Positions 10,368 through 20,478 are shown, numbered from the stretch's first letter. The stretch is 64,000 nucleotides of DNA from an uncultured Acidobacteriota bacterium (GCA_963779415.1 CAVZYA010000002.1:544001-608000), one strand, 5' to 3'. The notes: generated from the letters alone by a model not told the origin. Made by a program: numbers and translations.

Positions 10368-11326
10368 ATGTCGAAGAAGCGCATCGGAATCCTGTTCGGG
10401 ATGGAGGACACGTTTCCCTGGGCCCTGATCGACGTCATCAACGACCGGGCTGGCGCCGCCGGCGAGGCGATCGAAGCGTCGCCCGTCTCGATCGGGGCGG
10501 TCCGGCAGGACGTCCCGCCGGCGTACGACGTGATCCTCGACCGGATCAGCCACGAGGTCCCGTTCTACCGGACGTTTCCTGAAGGTCGCCGTCGCGGGGG
10601 GAACGGACGTCATCAACAACCCGCTCTGGGGGGCCGCGGACGACAAGTTCTTCGACAACGTCGTCGCCCTCGCCGCGAATGTCGCCGTGCCGAAGACGGT
10701 CCTCCTGCCGCACAAGCAGCACCCGCCCAACACGACGGCGAAGAGCTTCCGGAACCTGACCTGGGTCGACTGGGACGGCGTCTTCTCGTACCTCGGCTTC
10801 CCGATCTTCCTGAAACCGGCCTACGGCGGCGGCTGGAAGGACGTCACCAGGTGCGACGACCGGGAGGCGTTCTTTTCGGCCTACGACCAGACGCGCGACC
10901 TCGCGATGATGGCGCAGGAGGCGATCGCCTTCACGGACTACTACCGCTGCTACGTCGTCGGCCGGTCGCGCGTGAAGATCATGCCGTACGCCCCGGACCA
11001 GCCGCATGCCCTCCGCTACGCGGGGGCCGCGGGACGGAGCGTGCCCTCGCCGATGGCGCGAGCGGGTGACGCGCGACGCGATCGCCCTCTGCGACGCCCT
11101 GGGGTACGACCTGAACACGGCCGAGTTCGCCGTCCGCGACGGCATTCCGTACGCGATCGACTTCATGAACGCGGCCCCGGACGCCGACGTCGCCTCGGTC
11201 GGCGAGGAGAACTTCCGGTGGATCGTCGACGCCATGGCCGATCTCCTGATGGAGCGGGCGCGAAGGCCGAGGCCGTTCGAGCCGACGGGCTCGTGGCCGG
11301 AAACGGTCCACCGCCTCCCGGCGTGA
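10368..11326 (+). CDS. ATP-grasp ligase (RimK/GshB-like); two +1 frameshifts (~10576 and ~11058)
   Basis: Rebuilt from three ORFs: MSKKRIGILFGMEDTFP...DRISHEVPFYR; VINNP...DDKFF...VPKTVLLP...FLKPAYGGGWK...QEAI; LGYDLNTAEFAVRDGIPYAIDFMN. Confidence 0.8.
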
Positions 11327-12786
11327 CGGCACTCTTCACCGCGGGAGAGGTTCTCCGCGCCACGGGGGGCGGGCTCCGGGACGGCGGCGGCGCGGGGACG
11401 TTCGGCGGCATCTCGACCGACACCCGGACGATCGTTCCCGGTTCGCTCTTCGTCGCCCTGAAGGGGGAGCGGTTCGACGCCCATGACTTCCTTCCGGAAG
11501 CGAAGGCGAAGGGCGCGGCCGCCGCCGTCGTCCGGACCGGGACCCCCGCGGTCCCCGGCCTTCCGCTCTTTCTCGTCGACGATCCCCTTCGGGCGCTCGG
11601 AGCCCTCGCAGCGCTCCACCGGCGGCGGTTCTCGATTCCGGTGGCGGCGGTCGCGGGATCGAACGGCAAGACGACGACGAAGGAGATGCTCGCGTCCATT
11701 CTCCGGACGCGCGGTCCCGCGCTCGCGACGGAAGGGAACCTCAACAACGAGGTGGGCGTCCCGCTCACGCTCCTCAGGCTCGCACAGGAGCACCGGGCCG
11801 CCGCCGTGGAGCTCGGGATGTCGGCGCCGGGGGAGCTCGAACGCCTCACGGCGATGGCAAAGCCCGACTCCGGGGTCGTGACGCTCGTCGCGGCCGAGCA
11901 CCTCGAGTTCCTGAAGGATCTGGACGGCGTCGCCGAGGCCGAAGGGGAGCTCTACCGCGGCCTCCTTCCGGGCTCGGTCGCCGTCGTCAACGCGGACGAT
12001 CCGCGCGGCGTTGCGCAGGCGGAGCGGGTCGCGAACGGCGTCAGGAAGATTTTTTTCGGGAAGAGTCTGAATGCGGACCTCAGGCTCGTCGAGTCGACTT
12101 CTCTCGGGATGGAAGGGCAGGAGATCTGCTTGGAAGGGGAAGAGGGGATTGGCGAAGAAGGCCGTCTGCTTCGTGACCCTGACCTACAGCGCAGCAGAGT
12201 CAAGGCGAGACTGGGGTTCGTCGGGGAGCACAACGCGATGAACGCGGCGGCGGCCGCGGCCGTGGCCCTTTCTCTCTCCTTCACCTTCGAAGAGATCTCT
12301 CGCGGTCTCTCTTCGGCCCGACCGTATCAGCATCGCTCGCGCGTGGTGGCCGGCACAGGTGGGGTGACGATTCTCGACGACTGTTACAACGCGTCGCCCG
12401 CGTCGATGGAGGCGGCGCTTGCGACACTCGCCTCCCTGGCACGAGCCGGCGCGGACGCCCCGGGTCGCCGGGTCGCTGTCCTCGGCGACATGCTGGAGCT
12501 GGGCGAGGCGGAAGAAAGCGCGCACCGGGATCTGGGCCGGAGCGCGCGGGGCCGCGTGGACGTCGCAGCCTTCTTCGGCCCGCGGTCCCTCCACTCCTTC
12601 GAAGAGTTTTCTTCTCCGTCCACTTCGTCCGCTTCTTCTTCGGCTCACTTCACCGAGGTCGCGCCTCTACTCGCATGGCTTCGCCCGCAGCTCCGGCCGG
12701 GCGACCTGCTCCTCGTCAAGGGGAGCCGGGGGATGAAGCTCGAGCGGGTCGTCGACGCTCTTACGGGAGGGTCTGGGCCCCGATAG
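11323..12786 (+). CDS. murF: UDP-N-acetylmuramoyl-tripeptide--D-alanyl-D-alanine ligase
   Basis: STDTR, GERFDAHDF, GSNGKTTTKEM, GNLNNEVGVP, DDCYNASP, LGDMLELG, KGSRGM; GTGA overlap with the ATP-grasp stop codon. Confidence 0.93.
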   Translation: MTALFTAGEVLRATGGGLRDGGGAGTFGGISTDTRTIVPGSLFVALKGERFDAHDFLPEAKAKGAAAAVVRTGTPAVPGLPLFLVDDPLRALGALAALHRRRFSIPVAAVAGSNGKTTTKEMLASILRTRGPALATEGNLNNEVGVPLTLLRLAQEHRAAAVELGMSAPGELERLTAMAKPDSGVVTLVAAEHLEFLKDLDGVAEAEGELYRGLLPGSVAVVNADDPRGVAQAERVANGVRKIFFGKSLNADLRLVESTSLGMEGQEICLEGEEGIGEEGRLLRDPDLQRSRVKARLGFVGEHNAMNAAAAAAVALSLSFTFEEISRGLSSARPYQHRSRVVAGTGGVTILDDCYNASPASMEAALATLASLARAGADAPGRRVAVLGDMLELGEAEESAHRDLGRSARGRVDVAAFFGPRSLHSFEEFSSPSTSSASSSAHFTEVAPLLAWLRPQLRPGDLLLVKGSRGMKLERVVDALTGGSGPR

Positions 12787-13255
12787 CCTTCTCCTGACCG
12801 GCCCGGAACCGACGGAGCTTCGCCCGGAGCGAACCGTCCGTCCTCGCGAGGATCGCGATGGCGAGGAGCGCGGCGTTCGTCGCTCCGGCCTTGCCGATCG
12901 CGAGCGTCCCGACGGGAATGCCTCCGGGCATCTGAACGGTCGAAAGGAGCGAATCGAGCCCCTTCAGCGACGGGCTCTCCATCGGGACGCCGAGGACCGG
13001 CACGAGCGTCTGGGCGGCGAGGACTCCGGCCAGGTGCGCCGCCCCCCCGGCCGCCGCGATGATCACCGCGAGGCCGCGCCTCTCGGCGGCCGCGGCCCAG
13101 GCCGATGTCAGCTTCGGGCTCCGGTGGGCAGAGAGGACACGACACTCGTGCGCGACGCCGAACCGGGTCAGGACTTCGTCCGCGTGCTTCATCGTCTCCC
13201 AGTCGGACTTGCTCCCCATCACGACACCCACGAGGGGCTTTGCGTCTTTCGGCAT
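12761..13255 (-). CDS. purE: N5-carboxyaminoimidazole ribonucleotide mutase
   Basis: VMGSKSDW, SAHRSP, AGGAAHLAG, GLDSLLSTVQMPGGIPV. Confidence 0.97.
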   Translation of the reverse strand: MPKDAKPLVGVVMGSKSDWETMKHADEVLTRFGVAHECRVLSAHRSPKLTSAWAAAAERRGLAVIIAAAGGAAHLAGVLAAQTLVPVLGVPMESPSLKGLDSLLSTVQMPGGIPVGTLAIGKAGATNAALLAIAILARTDGSLRAKLRRFRAGQEKAIGAQTLP

Positions 13256-13354
13256 GGCGAAAGCTTAATCCGGATCCGCTCCGCGCGGGACGGAAGGGGC
13301 TGTCGCGGAGCCTTCGAGGAGGGAGAAGACATTCGCGAAGTAGACTCCGTCTCC

Positions 13355-14575
13355 ATGCATCAGGCCTTCCGGGCGGCATACAACGCCGCCTTCACGGAGG
13401 CGCTCTGGCGCCGCCAGACGGCGGAGCTGGAGCGCCGCGCCGGCGCCGCCGCCGGTTTTCGTCTCGCCGAGACGCCGGTCTTTCTGACCGAGGATCTCTC
13501 GACGCGGCTCGTCGAAGCGGCGGAGGGGATCGTCGCGGAGGTGTCGGCCCCGGCCCTCCGGCCGCGGATGACGGCGGCGATTCCGCCGGAGTGGAACGCG
13601 CCCGGGATGGCGGAGCTTCCGGAGATGGCGCAGGTCGATCTCGCCGTCGTCGAGGGACCGGAGGGGCGCCTCGTTCCGCGCCTCATCGAGCTGCAGGGCT
13701 TCCCGTCGCTCTCCGCGTTCGAGGTCCTCCAGGCGGACGTCTGGAGCGAATGCCTGCAGGGGATCCCCGGTCTCCCCTCCGGGAGGTGGAGTCCCTATTT
13801 CTCGAATCTGTCGCGCGCGGGGTACCTCGATCTCTTCCGCCGGACGATCGTCGGGGCCGAAGATCCGGAAGAGGTCGTCCTTCTCGACCTCCACCCGGCG
13901 GAGCAGAAGACGTACATCGACTTCGCGGCGACGGAGCGTCTTCTCGGCATCAAGGCCGTCGACCCGCGACACCTCGTCAAGGAGGGGCGGCGACTCTTCC
14001 GCGACGACGGCGGGCGGCGGATCCCGGTCCGGCGGATCTACAACCGGATCGTCTTCGACGAGCTGATCCGGGCGGGGGCGCGCCTCCCCTTCGACTATCG
14101 CGAGGAGCTCGACGTCGCATGGGTCCCGCACCCGAACTGGTACTGGACGTGGTCGAAGCACTCGATCCCGCTCCTGACGCACCCGGCCGTCCCGAAGGCG
14201 ACGTACCTGTCGGATCTCCCGGAGGTCCCGCCGGATCTCACGTCGCGCTACGTCCTCAAGCCCCTCTTCTCGTTCGCGGGGGGCGGGGTGAACGTGGAGC
14301 CGACCCCGGCCGATCTCGGCCGGATCCCCGGGGAGCAGCGCTCGGCCTGGTGCCTTCAGGAGAAAATCACCTACGCGCCGTGCGTTCCGGCCGGCGACGG
14401 GGGAGGGGTAAAAGTGGAGATCCGGATGATGTTCTACCGTCCGGCCGGGACGGACCGCCTCGTCCTCGGCCTCAACCTCTGCCGGCTCTCGCGCGGGAAG
14501 ATGCTCGGCGTCGACTTCAACAAGAACTTCACCTGGGTCGGCTCGTCGGTCGCCCTGAGGGTGAGCCTGACATGA
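13355..14575 (+). CDS. Uncharacterised ATP-grasp-like amide ligase (circularly permuted / glutathionylspermidine-synthase-like)
   Basis: FRLAETPVF, QVDLAV, PRLIELQGFPS, RRIYNRIVFDEL, HPNWY, YVLKPLFSFAGGGV, LQEKI; D...E, K and QE motifs typical of this fold. Confidence 0.65.
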   Translation: MHQAFRAAYNAAFTEALWRRQTAELERRAGAAAGFRLAETPVFLTEDLSTRLVEAAEGIVAEVSAPALRPRMTAAIPPEWNAPGMAELPEMAQVDLAVVEGPEGRLVPRLIELQGFPSLSAFEVLQADVWSECLQGIPGLPSGRWSPYFSNLSRAGYLDLFRRTIVGAEDPEEVVLLDLHPAEQKTYIDFAATERLLGIKAVDPRHLVKEGRRLFRDDGGRRIPVRRIYNRIVFDELIRAGARLPFDYREELDVAWVPHPNWYWTWSKHSIPLLTHPAVPKATYLSDLPEVPPDLTSRYVLKPLFSFAGGGVNVEPTPADLGRIPGEQRSAWCLQEKITYAPCVPAGDGGGVKVEIRMMFYRPAGTDRLVLGLNLCRLSRGKMLGVDFNKNFTWVGSSVALRVSLT

Positions 14576-16005
14576 GCGCCGAGAAGACGCGCCGGCTCCT
14601 CGTCGCCTTCCTCGCGGCCGGGATCGTCATCCAGGCCGGAGCGATCGTCTGGGCCATCTTCTCGAAGGGCGAGCCCGCCGCCGTCGAGGCGATGGCGCCC
14701 TTCACGTACCTCCTCTCGACGATGGCGTCCGTCCCCGCGGGGATCATGGCCGTCGCGGGCTCGGTTCTCATCCTCTCGATGACGCTCGGGAGCCCGGTCC
14801 AGCGCTCCCATCTCGGCGCCATCGTCCTCAAAGACGCCGACTTTCGCCTCGCGCAGACGGGGGCCGTCACGACGATCCTCGCCTGCTGCCTCGCGCTTCT
14901 CCTTTCGCACCTTCCGTTCGTCTCGCACAGCGCCACGTCGCTCGTCGTTCTCGCCTTCGGCGGCTATCTTCAGTTCGGGGCGGTCCTCATCGCCCTCGTC
15001 CGCCTCTTCCGGACGATCCCGACGCTCCTGACGCAGGAACGGCTCCTCGGCTCGGCGCTCGAGAAGCTCGACGCCGCCTATCTGTCGGGGAGGGAGAAGC
15101 GACTCCTCGGCGTCGACTCGACGGAGCGCGGGCGCACCGAGCGGATCAACGACCTGATCTTCGCCTTCCGGATCGCGCCCGGCGAGGCCGACGACCCGCT
15201 CGTGACCATCCACGACGTCCTCGAGAACGTCGTCTCCCAGAGCCCCCCCTCGGTCGTCACTTTTTCGCTGAACCTCGTCTCCCGCAAGCTCGCGGATGTC
15301 ATCGACACGTCGCACGACCGGATCTGCCAGCTTCTCGTGACGCCGTGGTTCTCGGAGCTGCGGGTCCCGGTCGTCCGTCGCGCGTCGCCTTCCGTCGCCC
15401 TCACCTACTTCGACGCGTGGGCGAACCTCCTGCGCGCGGCCCGCGAGAAGGGAATGGACGGGTTCGTCGCGAACACGGCGCGCTCCTTCGTCGGGGCACT
15501 GAAGGACGTCGCGCGGGCGGGCCTCTTCGAGAGCGCCACCGACCGCGCGCTCCGGCCGCTCGCCCGGCTCGTCTCGGAGGTCGGCGCGAACCCGGCGGTC
15601 GCCGGGCCGTGGATGGGCTCCATCGTCGTCTGGATGCGCGAGGACGCCGAGCGGGGCGAAGGAGCCTACGCCCGGGTCCTCTGGAACCCGGTGGAGCGGT
15701 ACGTCGGCCGTCTCGCGCGCGACCTCGACCGGGAGACTCCGGTCCTCGCCGTCCTCGTCCACGCCCTCACGGCGGTCGTCCGGGCCTCGGTCCGGCGCGG
15801 CCTCGTGACGGAGAGCGGCGACCCGTTCGACAAGGAGATCTCCGAGGTCCTCGAGAAGACCGCCCGCGAGCTCAGGACCCGCGCGGAGGACCCGAACATC
15901 CCGCGCGAGGCGGCGGCCCGCGCCCGGCGCCGCGCCGAGATGCTGTTCGAGCCGGTGGAGGCTTCCTATCCCTCGGCCGGCCCGGAGACCGCCACGCCGG
16001 CCTAG
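14572..16005 (+). CDS. Hypothetical membrane protein (about 4 N-terminal TM helices plus large helical domain)
   Basis: ATGA overlap with upstream stop; hydrophobic segments in the first ~150 aa; GC3-rich codons. Confidence 0.7.
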   Translation: MSAEKTRRLLVAFLAAGIVIQAGAIVWAIFSKGEPAAVEAMAPFTYLLSTMASVPAGIMAVAGSVLILSMTLGSPVQRSHLGAIVLKDADFRLAQTGAVTTILACCLALLLSHLPFVSHSATSLVVLAFGGYLQFGAVLIALVRLFRTIPTLLTQERLLGSALEKLDAAYLSGREKRLLGVDSTERGRTERINDLIFAFRIAPGEADDPLVTIHDVLENVVSQSPPSVVTFSLNLVSRKLADVIDTSHDRICQLLVTPWFSELRVPVVRRASPSVALTYFDAWANLLRAAREKGMDGFVANTARSFVGALKDVARAGLFESATDRALRPLARLVSEVGANPAVAGPWMGSIVVWMREDAERGEGAYARVLWNPVERYVGRLARDLDRETPVLAVLVHALTAVVRASVRRGLVTESGDPFDKEISEVLEKTARELRTRAEDPNIPREAAARARRRAEMLFEPVEASYPSAGPETATPA

Positions 16006-17096
16006 ACGACGACGAGGCCGGCCCCCCAGTGGAGGCCGGCGCCGAGGGCGGTGAAGACGACGACGTCCCGCGGCTTGACCCTTCCGGCGAGCCTCGCCTC
16101 GTGAAAGGCCATCGGGAGGGTCGCGGCCGTCGTGTTTCCGTACTTCTCGATGTTGTTGAAGACCTTCGCGTCCGGCAGGCCCAGCGCCTTCTGCGCCGCC
16201 TCGTTGATCCGGAGGTTGGCCTGGTGCATGAGAAGGAGGTCGAGGTCTTCGAGCGTGTTCCCGTGCGCCTTGAGAACCTCGAGAACGGCCGCCGGCATCA
16301 GCTGCGCGGCGAGCTTGAAGACGTGCCGTCCCTCGACGACCGGGACCGTGTCGAGCGTGTCGACCATCTCGTGGGTCACGTAGGGGCGGTACTTGCACCC
16401 GACGCCGTTGACCCAGAGCTTGTCCCAGTGGGCCCCGTCGGTGTACATCGCGAAGCCGGAAAAGCCGCGTCCGTCCCCCGACTCGTTCGCCTCGAGGACG
16501 AAAGCCCCGGCGCCATCGCCAAAGAGAACCGCGCGGTCGCGGAGTCGGGTGATCTTCGCGTACCACTCGGGATCGCTCGGGCCGGGAGACGTCCCGAGCA
16601 GCACGTCCCAGACCGGCTGAGGCCAGGGCATCAGGCCGCTGTGGACTTCGGCCCCGACGAGGAGGATCCGGTCGTACATCCCGGAGCGGATGAAGGCGTC
16701 GGCCGTCTGGAGGCCGGAGAGGAAGCCGGCGCACTGCATCCGGATGTCGAGGGCGTGCGTTGTCTTCATCCCGAGATCGCGCGCGAGGAGCCCGCCATTC
16801 CCCGGGAAGTAGTGGTCGGGGGTCATCGTGGCGAAGACGATGAAGTCGATGTCGTCGATCCCGAGGCCGGCGTCGGCGAGGGCGGCCTCGGCGGCCTTCA
16901 CCCCGAGCCCGGCCGAACCGATGCCGCGCTCGACGAAACGCCTTTCGCGGATGCCGGTTCGCGGGACGATCCACTCGTCCGACGTCTCCATGATCCGCGA
17001 GAGCATCTCGTTCGTGACGACCTGGGGCGGGACGTACATTCCGGAGCCCCGGATCACGGTGGTCCGGTTCTTCGGCGGTGGTGTCAGGTTTTTCAC
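16002..17096 (-). CDS. fabH: Beta-ketoacyl-ACP synthase III family protein
   Basis: TSDEWIVPRTGIRERR, MQCAGF (catalytic Cys), LFGDGAGA, HQANLRI, YGNTTAATLP, GAGLHWG. Confidence 0.9.
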   Translation of the reverse strand: MKNLTPPPKNRTTVIRGSGMYVPPQVVTNEMLSRIMETSDEWIVPRTGIRERRFVERGIGSAGLGVKAAEAALADAGLGIDDIDFIVFATMTPDHYFPGNGGLLARDLGMKTTHALDIRMQCAGFLSGLQTADAFIRSGMYDRILLVGAEVHSGLMPWPQPVWDVLLGTSPGPSDPEWYAKITRLRDRAVLFGDGAGAFVLEANESGDGRGFSGFAMYTDGAHWDKLWVNGVGCKYRPYVTHEMVDTLDTVPVVEGRHVFKLAAQLMPAAVLEVLKAHGNTLEDLDLLLMHQANLRINEAAQKALGLPDAKVFNNIEKYGNTTAATLPMAFHEARLAGRVKPRDVVVFTALGAGLHWGAGLVVV

Positions 17097-17125
17097 GGGC
17101 GGAGTCTAACCCCGCGTGAGCCGCG

Positions 17126-17437
17126 TCAACGCGGGGGTTCGTCCCCGCGGAGAAGGGCCACGGTCGCGCCCCAGCCCCCTCGGTCGGGCGTTGCGTCGGA
17201 GAAGCGGAGAACGTGCGGGGAGCGGGCGAGAGCGGCGCGGACGATCGCACGCTGGACGCCGCGACCCCGCCCGTGGACGAGACGGACCTCCCGGAGGCCT
17301 TTCGCGGCGGCCGCCTCGACGTAGTCCGCCACGACGGCCGCCGTCTCGTCGGGGCGGAACGGGTGAAGGTCGAGCGCATCCTCCACCGGGATCGGGACGG
17401 GCGGGCCCCCGGGCCCCGGGTCGTCGAAGCCGGTCAT
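17126..17437 (-). CDS. Stand-alone Smr/MutS2 domain protein
   Basis: LDLH, VRLVHGRGRG, GGWGATV. Confidence 0.88.
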   Translation of the reverse strand: MTGFDDPGPGGPPVPIPVEDALDLHPFRPDETAAVVADYVEAAAAKGLREVRLVHGRGRGVQRAIVRAALARSPHVLRFSDATPDRGGWGATVALLRGDEPPR

Positions 17438-17491
17438 TCCCCGCGGAGTCTAGGGCGTCTAGAATCGGGCACCGGAAACGGACAGGAGGTC

Positions 17492-18412
17492 ATGATGAAG
17501 GGGATCCGACCCGTCGCACTCGCTCTCGCGGCCGCCCTCCTCGCGGTCGCCGGGCCCGCCGCCGCGCAGGCCAAGCCGCGCGTGGCGGTCATCGAGTTCA
17601 AGAACAAGGTCTCGGGCTGGAGCTGGGGGTGGTACCAGGCCGGGACGAATGCCCAGGACATGTTCGTCACCGAGCTGGTGAAACAGGGTCGGTATCGCGT
17701 CATCGAGCGCGAGCAGCTCCAGGCGATCATGCAGGAGAAGCATCTCTCGCTCTCGGGCGACCTCGATCCGAGAACCGCCATGAAGATCGGCAAGCTCCTC
17801 GGTGTCGAGTACCTCATCACGGGGGCGCTGACGGAGCTCGGGGCGCAGAAGACGAACGTGAGCACGGGCTGGGTCGCCTTCGTTCCCCACACGGATGTCG
17901 GCGTCTCGAAGATGCAGTGCGCCATCGACGCGCGGGCCTTCTCGATGAACACGGGAGAGATCGTCTGGGCCGACTCGGCGCGCGAGGAGAGCACGTCGAC
18001 GAAGGTCTTCGTGGCGGGGGCCGGCGGCGGCGTGGACGACCAGCGGAAGCTCGACCTGATGGTCCGCCCCGTCGTGGCCAAGCTCGCGGACTCGCTCTCG
18101 AAGAAGACGCTCTCCTCGAGCGGCATGGGCGGCGCGGGCGATGCCTCCGGCCTCGCGGGCAAAGTGGCACGGGTCGACGGCGGAACCCTCTACCTGAACG
18201 TCGGCTCGGAGGCGGGCGTCAAGGAAGGGGATGAGTTCAGCGTCTTCCGGATGGGCGAGGCGATCAAGGATCCGGACAGCGGCGAGGTGCTCGGGCAGAA
18301 CGAGACGAAGATCGGCCGTGTCCGGGTCGAGAAGGTGATGGGCCCGCGGCTCTCGACGGGCCGCGCGATCTCGGGCTCCGGCTTCAAAGCCGGCGACGCG
18401 ATAAAGAACTAG
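17492..18412 (+). CDS. CsgG/HfaB family protein with FlgT-C-like beta domain
   Basis: AGGAGG RBS; signal peptide; KPRVAVIEF, YRVIEREQLQAIMQE, IGKLLGVEYLITG; C-terminal LNVGSEAGVKEGD...IKDPDSGEVLG. Confidence 0.8.
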   Translation: MMKGIRPVALALAAALLAVAGPAAAQAKPRVAVIEFKNKVSGWSWGWYQAGTNAQDMFVTELVKQGRYRVIEREQLQAIMQEKHLSLSGDLDPRTAMKIGKLLGVEYLITGALTELGAQKTNVSTGWVAFVPHTDVGVSKMQCAIDARAFSMNTGEIVWADSAREESTSTKVFVAGAGGGVDDQRKLDLMVRPVVAKLADSLSKKTLSSSGMGGAGDASGLAGKVARVDGGTLYLNVGSEAGVKEGDEFSVFRMGEAIKDPDSGEVLGQNETKIGRVRVEKVMGPRLSTGRAISGSGFKAGDAIKN

Positions 18413-18417
18413 TCATC

Positions 18418-18480
18418 TTCGGGGGGTGCGACGTCCGCAGTGGCGTCCCGCCGCAGGGTTCGCACCCCCCGGGCCCCCCT
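18418..18480. repeat. G-rich palindromic extragenic repeat, copy A
   Basis: 12-bp stem CGGGGGGTGCGA/TCGCACCCCCCG plus GGCCCCCCT tail; arms nearly identical to 57374-57437. Confidence 0.75.
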
Positions 18481-18489
18481 CTTACTTCT

Positions 18490-20468
18490 TTACCGGGTCA
18501 GGTTGCAGGCGTCGGAGAGGCCGGCGTCGCAGGCGGCCCGCGCCTCGCGGGCGGCTTCGGCGCCGTCTCCCCGCTGCCAGGCGGCGAGAGCGAGGGCGTA
18601 GCGGACGCGGGCGCTCGAGGGAGCTCTCGCCACGGCCTTTCCCAGCTCTTCGGCGAGGTCTCCGCGGACGTCGCAGAAGGCGAGGCCGAGAACCCAGTTT
18701 CCGTCGGGGCCGGGGTTCGGGCCGATGGCACGCATCTGCTGGTCGACGAAACCGAGGACGCGCCCCTCGGCGAGCCCCGGCGCCTCGTCGAAGGCGCGGT
18801 TCAGGAGCTGCCACGCCTCGGCATTGCGGCCGTCGGCGAAGGCCACGGCCGCGCGCGTGTAGGCGTCGAGGACCATCACCTCGTGCGAGGGGTTCGTGGC
18901 GAGGACGCCGCGGACGGTCCCCATCGCGTCGACGAAATCTTCACGCGACAGCCGCTTCTTCCGTGAGTTGTCGAGAACGTGGTAGGCCCCCTCGAGGCGC
19001 GTGTCGCCCGAGAAGGAAGCGGAACCCAGAAGAGGCGCCGGGCGCGGAAGGCGCGGGGCCGGCTCGCTCCGGGAGACGTCGTGCCGCGGCGGAGGGACGC
19101 GGCCTCGGCCACGCGCGTCGCTCTTCCCGAAGGCGCCGGAGGGAAGGGCGCGGTGGCCGGCTCCGTCGGAACGGGCGTCGGCGCTTCGGCTGCCGTCGAC
19201 GGAGGAGAGGGGACGACGGTGGGCACTTCCGTCGAGGGAGGAGCCGGAACGGCCGCCGTCGGCACCGGCGGAATCGACGCGACCTCGGCGCTCTTCTGCA
19301 ACCGGAGACGGTTGATCCAGAGCGCCGCGAGAAGAAGCGCGACGAGAACGATCCCGGCGGCGAGAAGGACGCGCGCGCCGGAGGACCGGCGCTTCGCGGA
19401 GGGGACGGTCGGTGCTGTGGCGGGCGCCGTGGACGCCCCGGGCGCGGCGGACGTCGGGGCCGGGGGGAGCGGAACGGAAGCCGGAGCCGCAAGGCGGTTC
19501 TTCGGGTCGGCCAGCGGACCGGAGACGACCGTTGCGGCTCCGGAGAGGTCGGCGCGGGAAGAGGGGACGCGGACGGCGGGCGCCCCGCCGGTGGCGACCG
19601 CCGCCGCTGCGGCCGAGGCCGCCATCGCCGCGAGCGGGACGCCGAGCGCCGCCGCGAGAGCGGCGATGAAGGAGCCGCAGTCCGGGTACCGGTCGTCGGG
19701 CTTCTTCGCGAGCGCCTTCGCGAGGACGGCGTCCGCCGTCTGCGGGAACCCCGGGACGAGGGTGGAAGCCGGGGGAGGCGGCTCGACGACGTGCTGGTGA
19801 AGGACGGCGAGCGGAGACTCGGCGTGAAACGGGACGACGCCGGTGAGGACCTCGAACGCGATGACGCCGAGGGCGTACTGGTCGGCCCGAGCGTCGAGCG
19901 GAACCCCCTGCGCCTGCTCGGGCGCCATGTAGAGCGGCGTCCCGAGGACCGTCCCCGTCTGCGTCAGCCCCGAGACGGTCTCCGAGCTTCGCGCGAGGCC
20001 GAAGTCGGCCAGAAGCGGCCGCCCCTGCGAGTCGACGAGGACGTTCGCCGGCTTGACGTCGCGGTGGAGGATCCCCCGGGCGTGCGCGTGATCGAGCGCG
20101 GCGCCGACCGCGGCGAGCCACGCGACCGCGATCCCGAACGGCATCGGCCCGGTGATGTGCGACTTGAGCGAGCCCCCGGGCACGAGTGGCATGACGAGGT
20201 ACGAGACCTCGGAGCCGTCCACGGCGGCCGTTCCGAAGTCGTAGACGGGGAGAACGTTCGGATGGTCGAGCCCCGCCACGAGGCGCGCCTCGCGGAGGAA
20301 GCGTTCCTGGTACGTCGGGTCCTCGGCGATCGGCGCGAGGATCACCTTGACGGCGACGGTCCGGTGGAGTGTCGTGTCCTCCGCCTTCCAGACCTCGGAC
20401 ATCCCGCCCGCGCCCGCCTTCTCGAGGAGGCGGTAACGGCCGAGGAAGGCGCCCGCGGCGATCGGCAT
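18490..20468 (-). CDS. Membrane Ser/Thr protein kinase (kinase - TM - Pro-rich linker - TPR-like exported domain); frameshift ~19040-19120
   Basis: GAGGMSEV, VAVK, HRDVKPANVL, DFGLA, GTPLYMAPEQ; TM VLLAAGIVLVALLLAALWI; C-terminus in the frame ending at 18490. Confidence 0.85.
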
Positions 20469-20478
20469 CGTCCCCTCT

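Noticed and set aside
10687-12786. 699-aa ORF resembling an ATP-grasp-MurF (cyanophycin-synthetase-like) fusion
   Set aside because: The conserved ATP-grasp C-terminus lies in another frame ending at 11326; the read-through is produced by the ~11058 indel.
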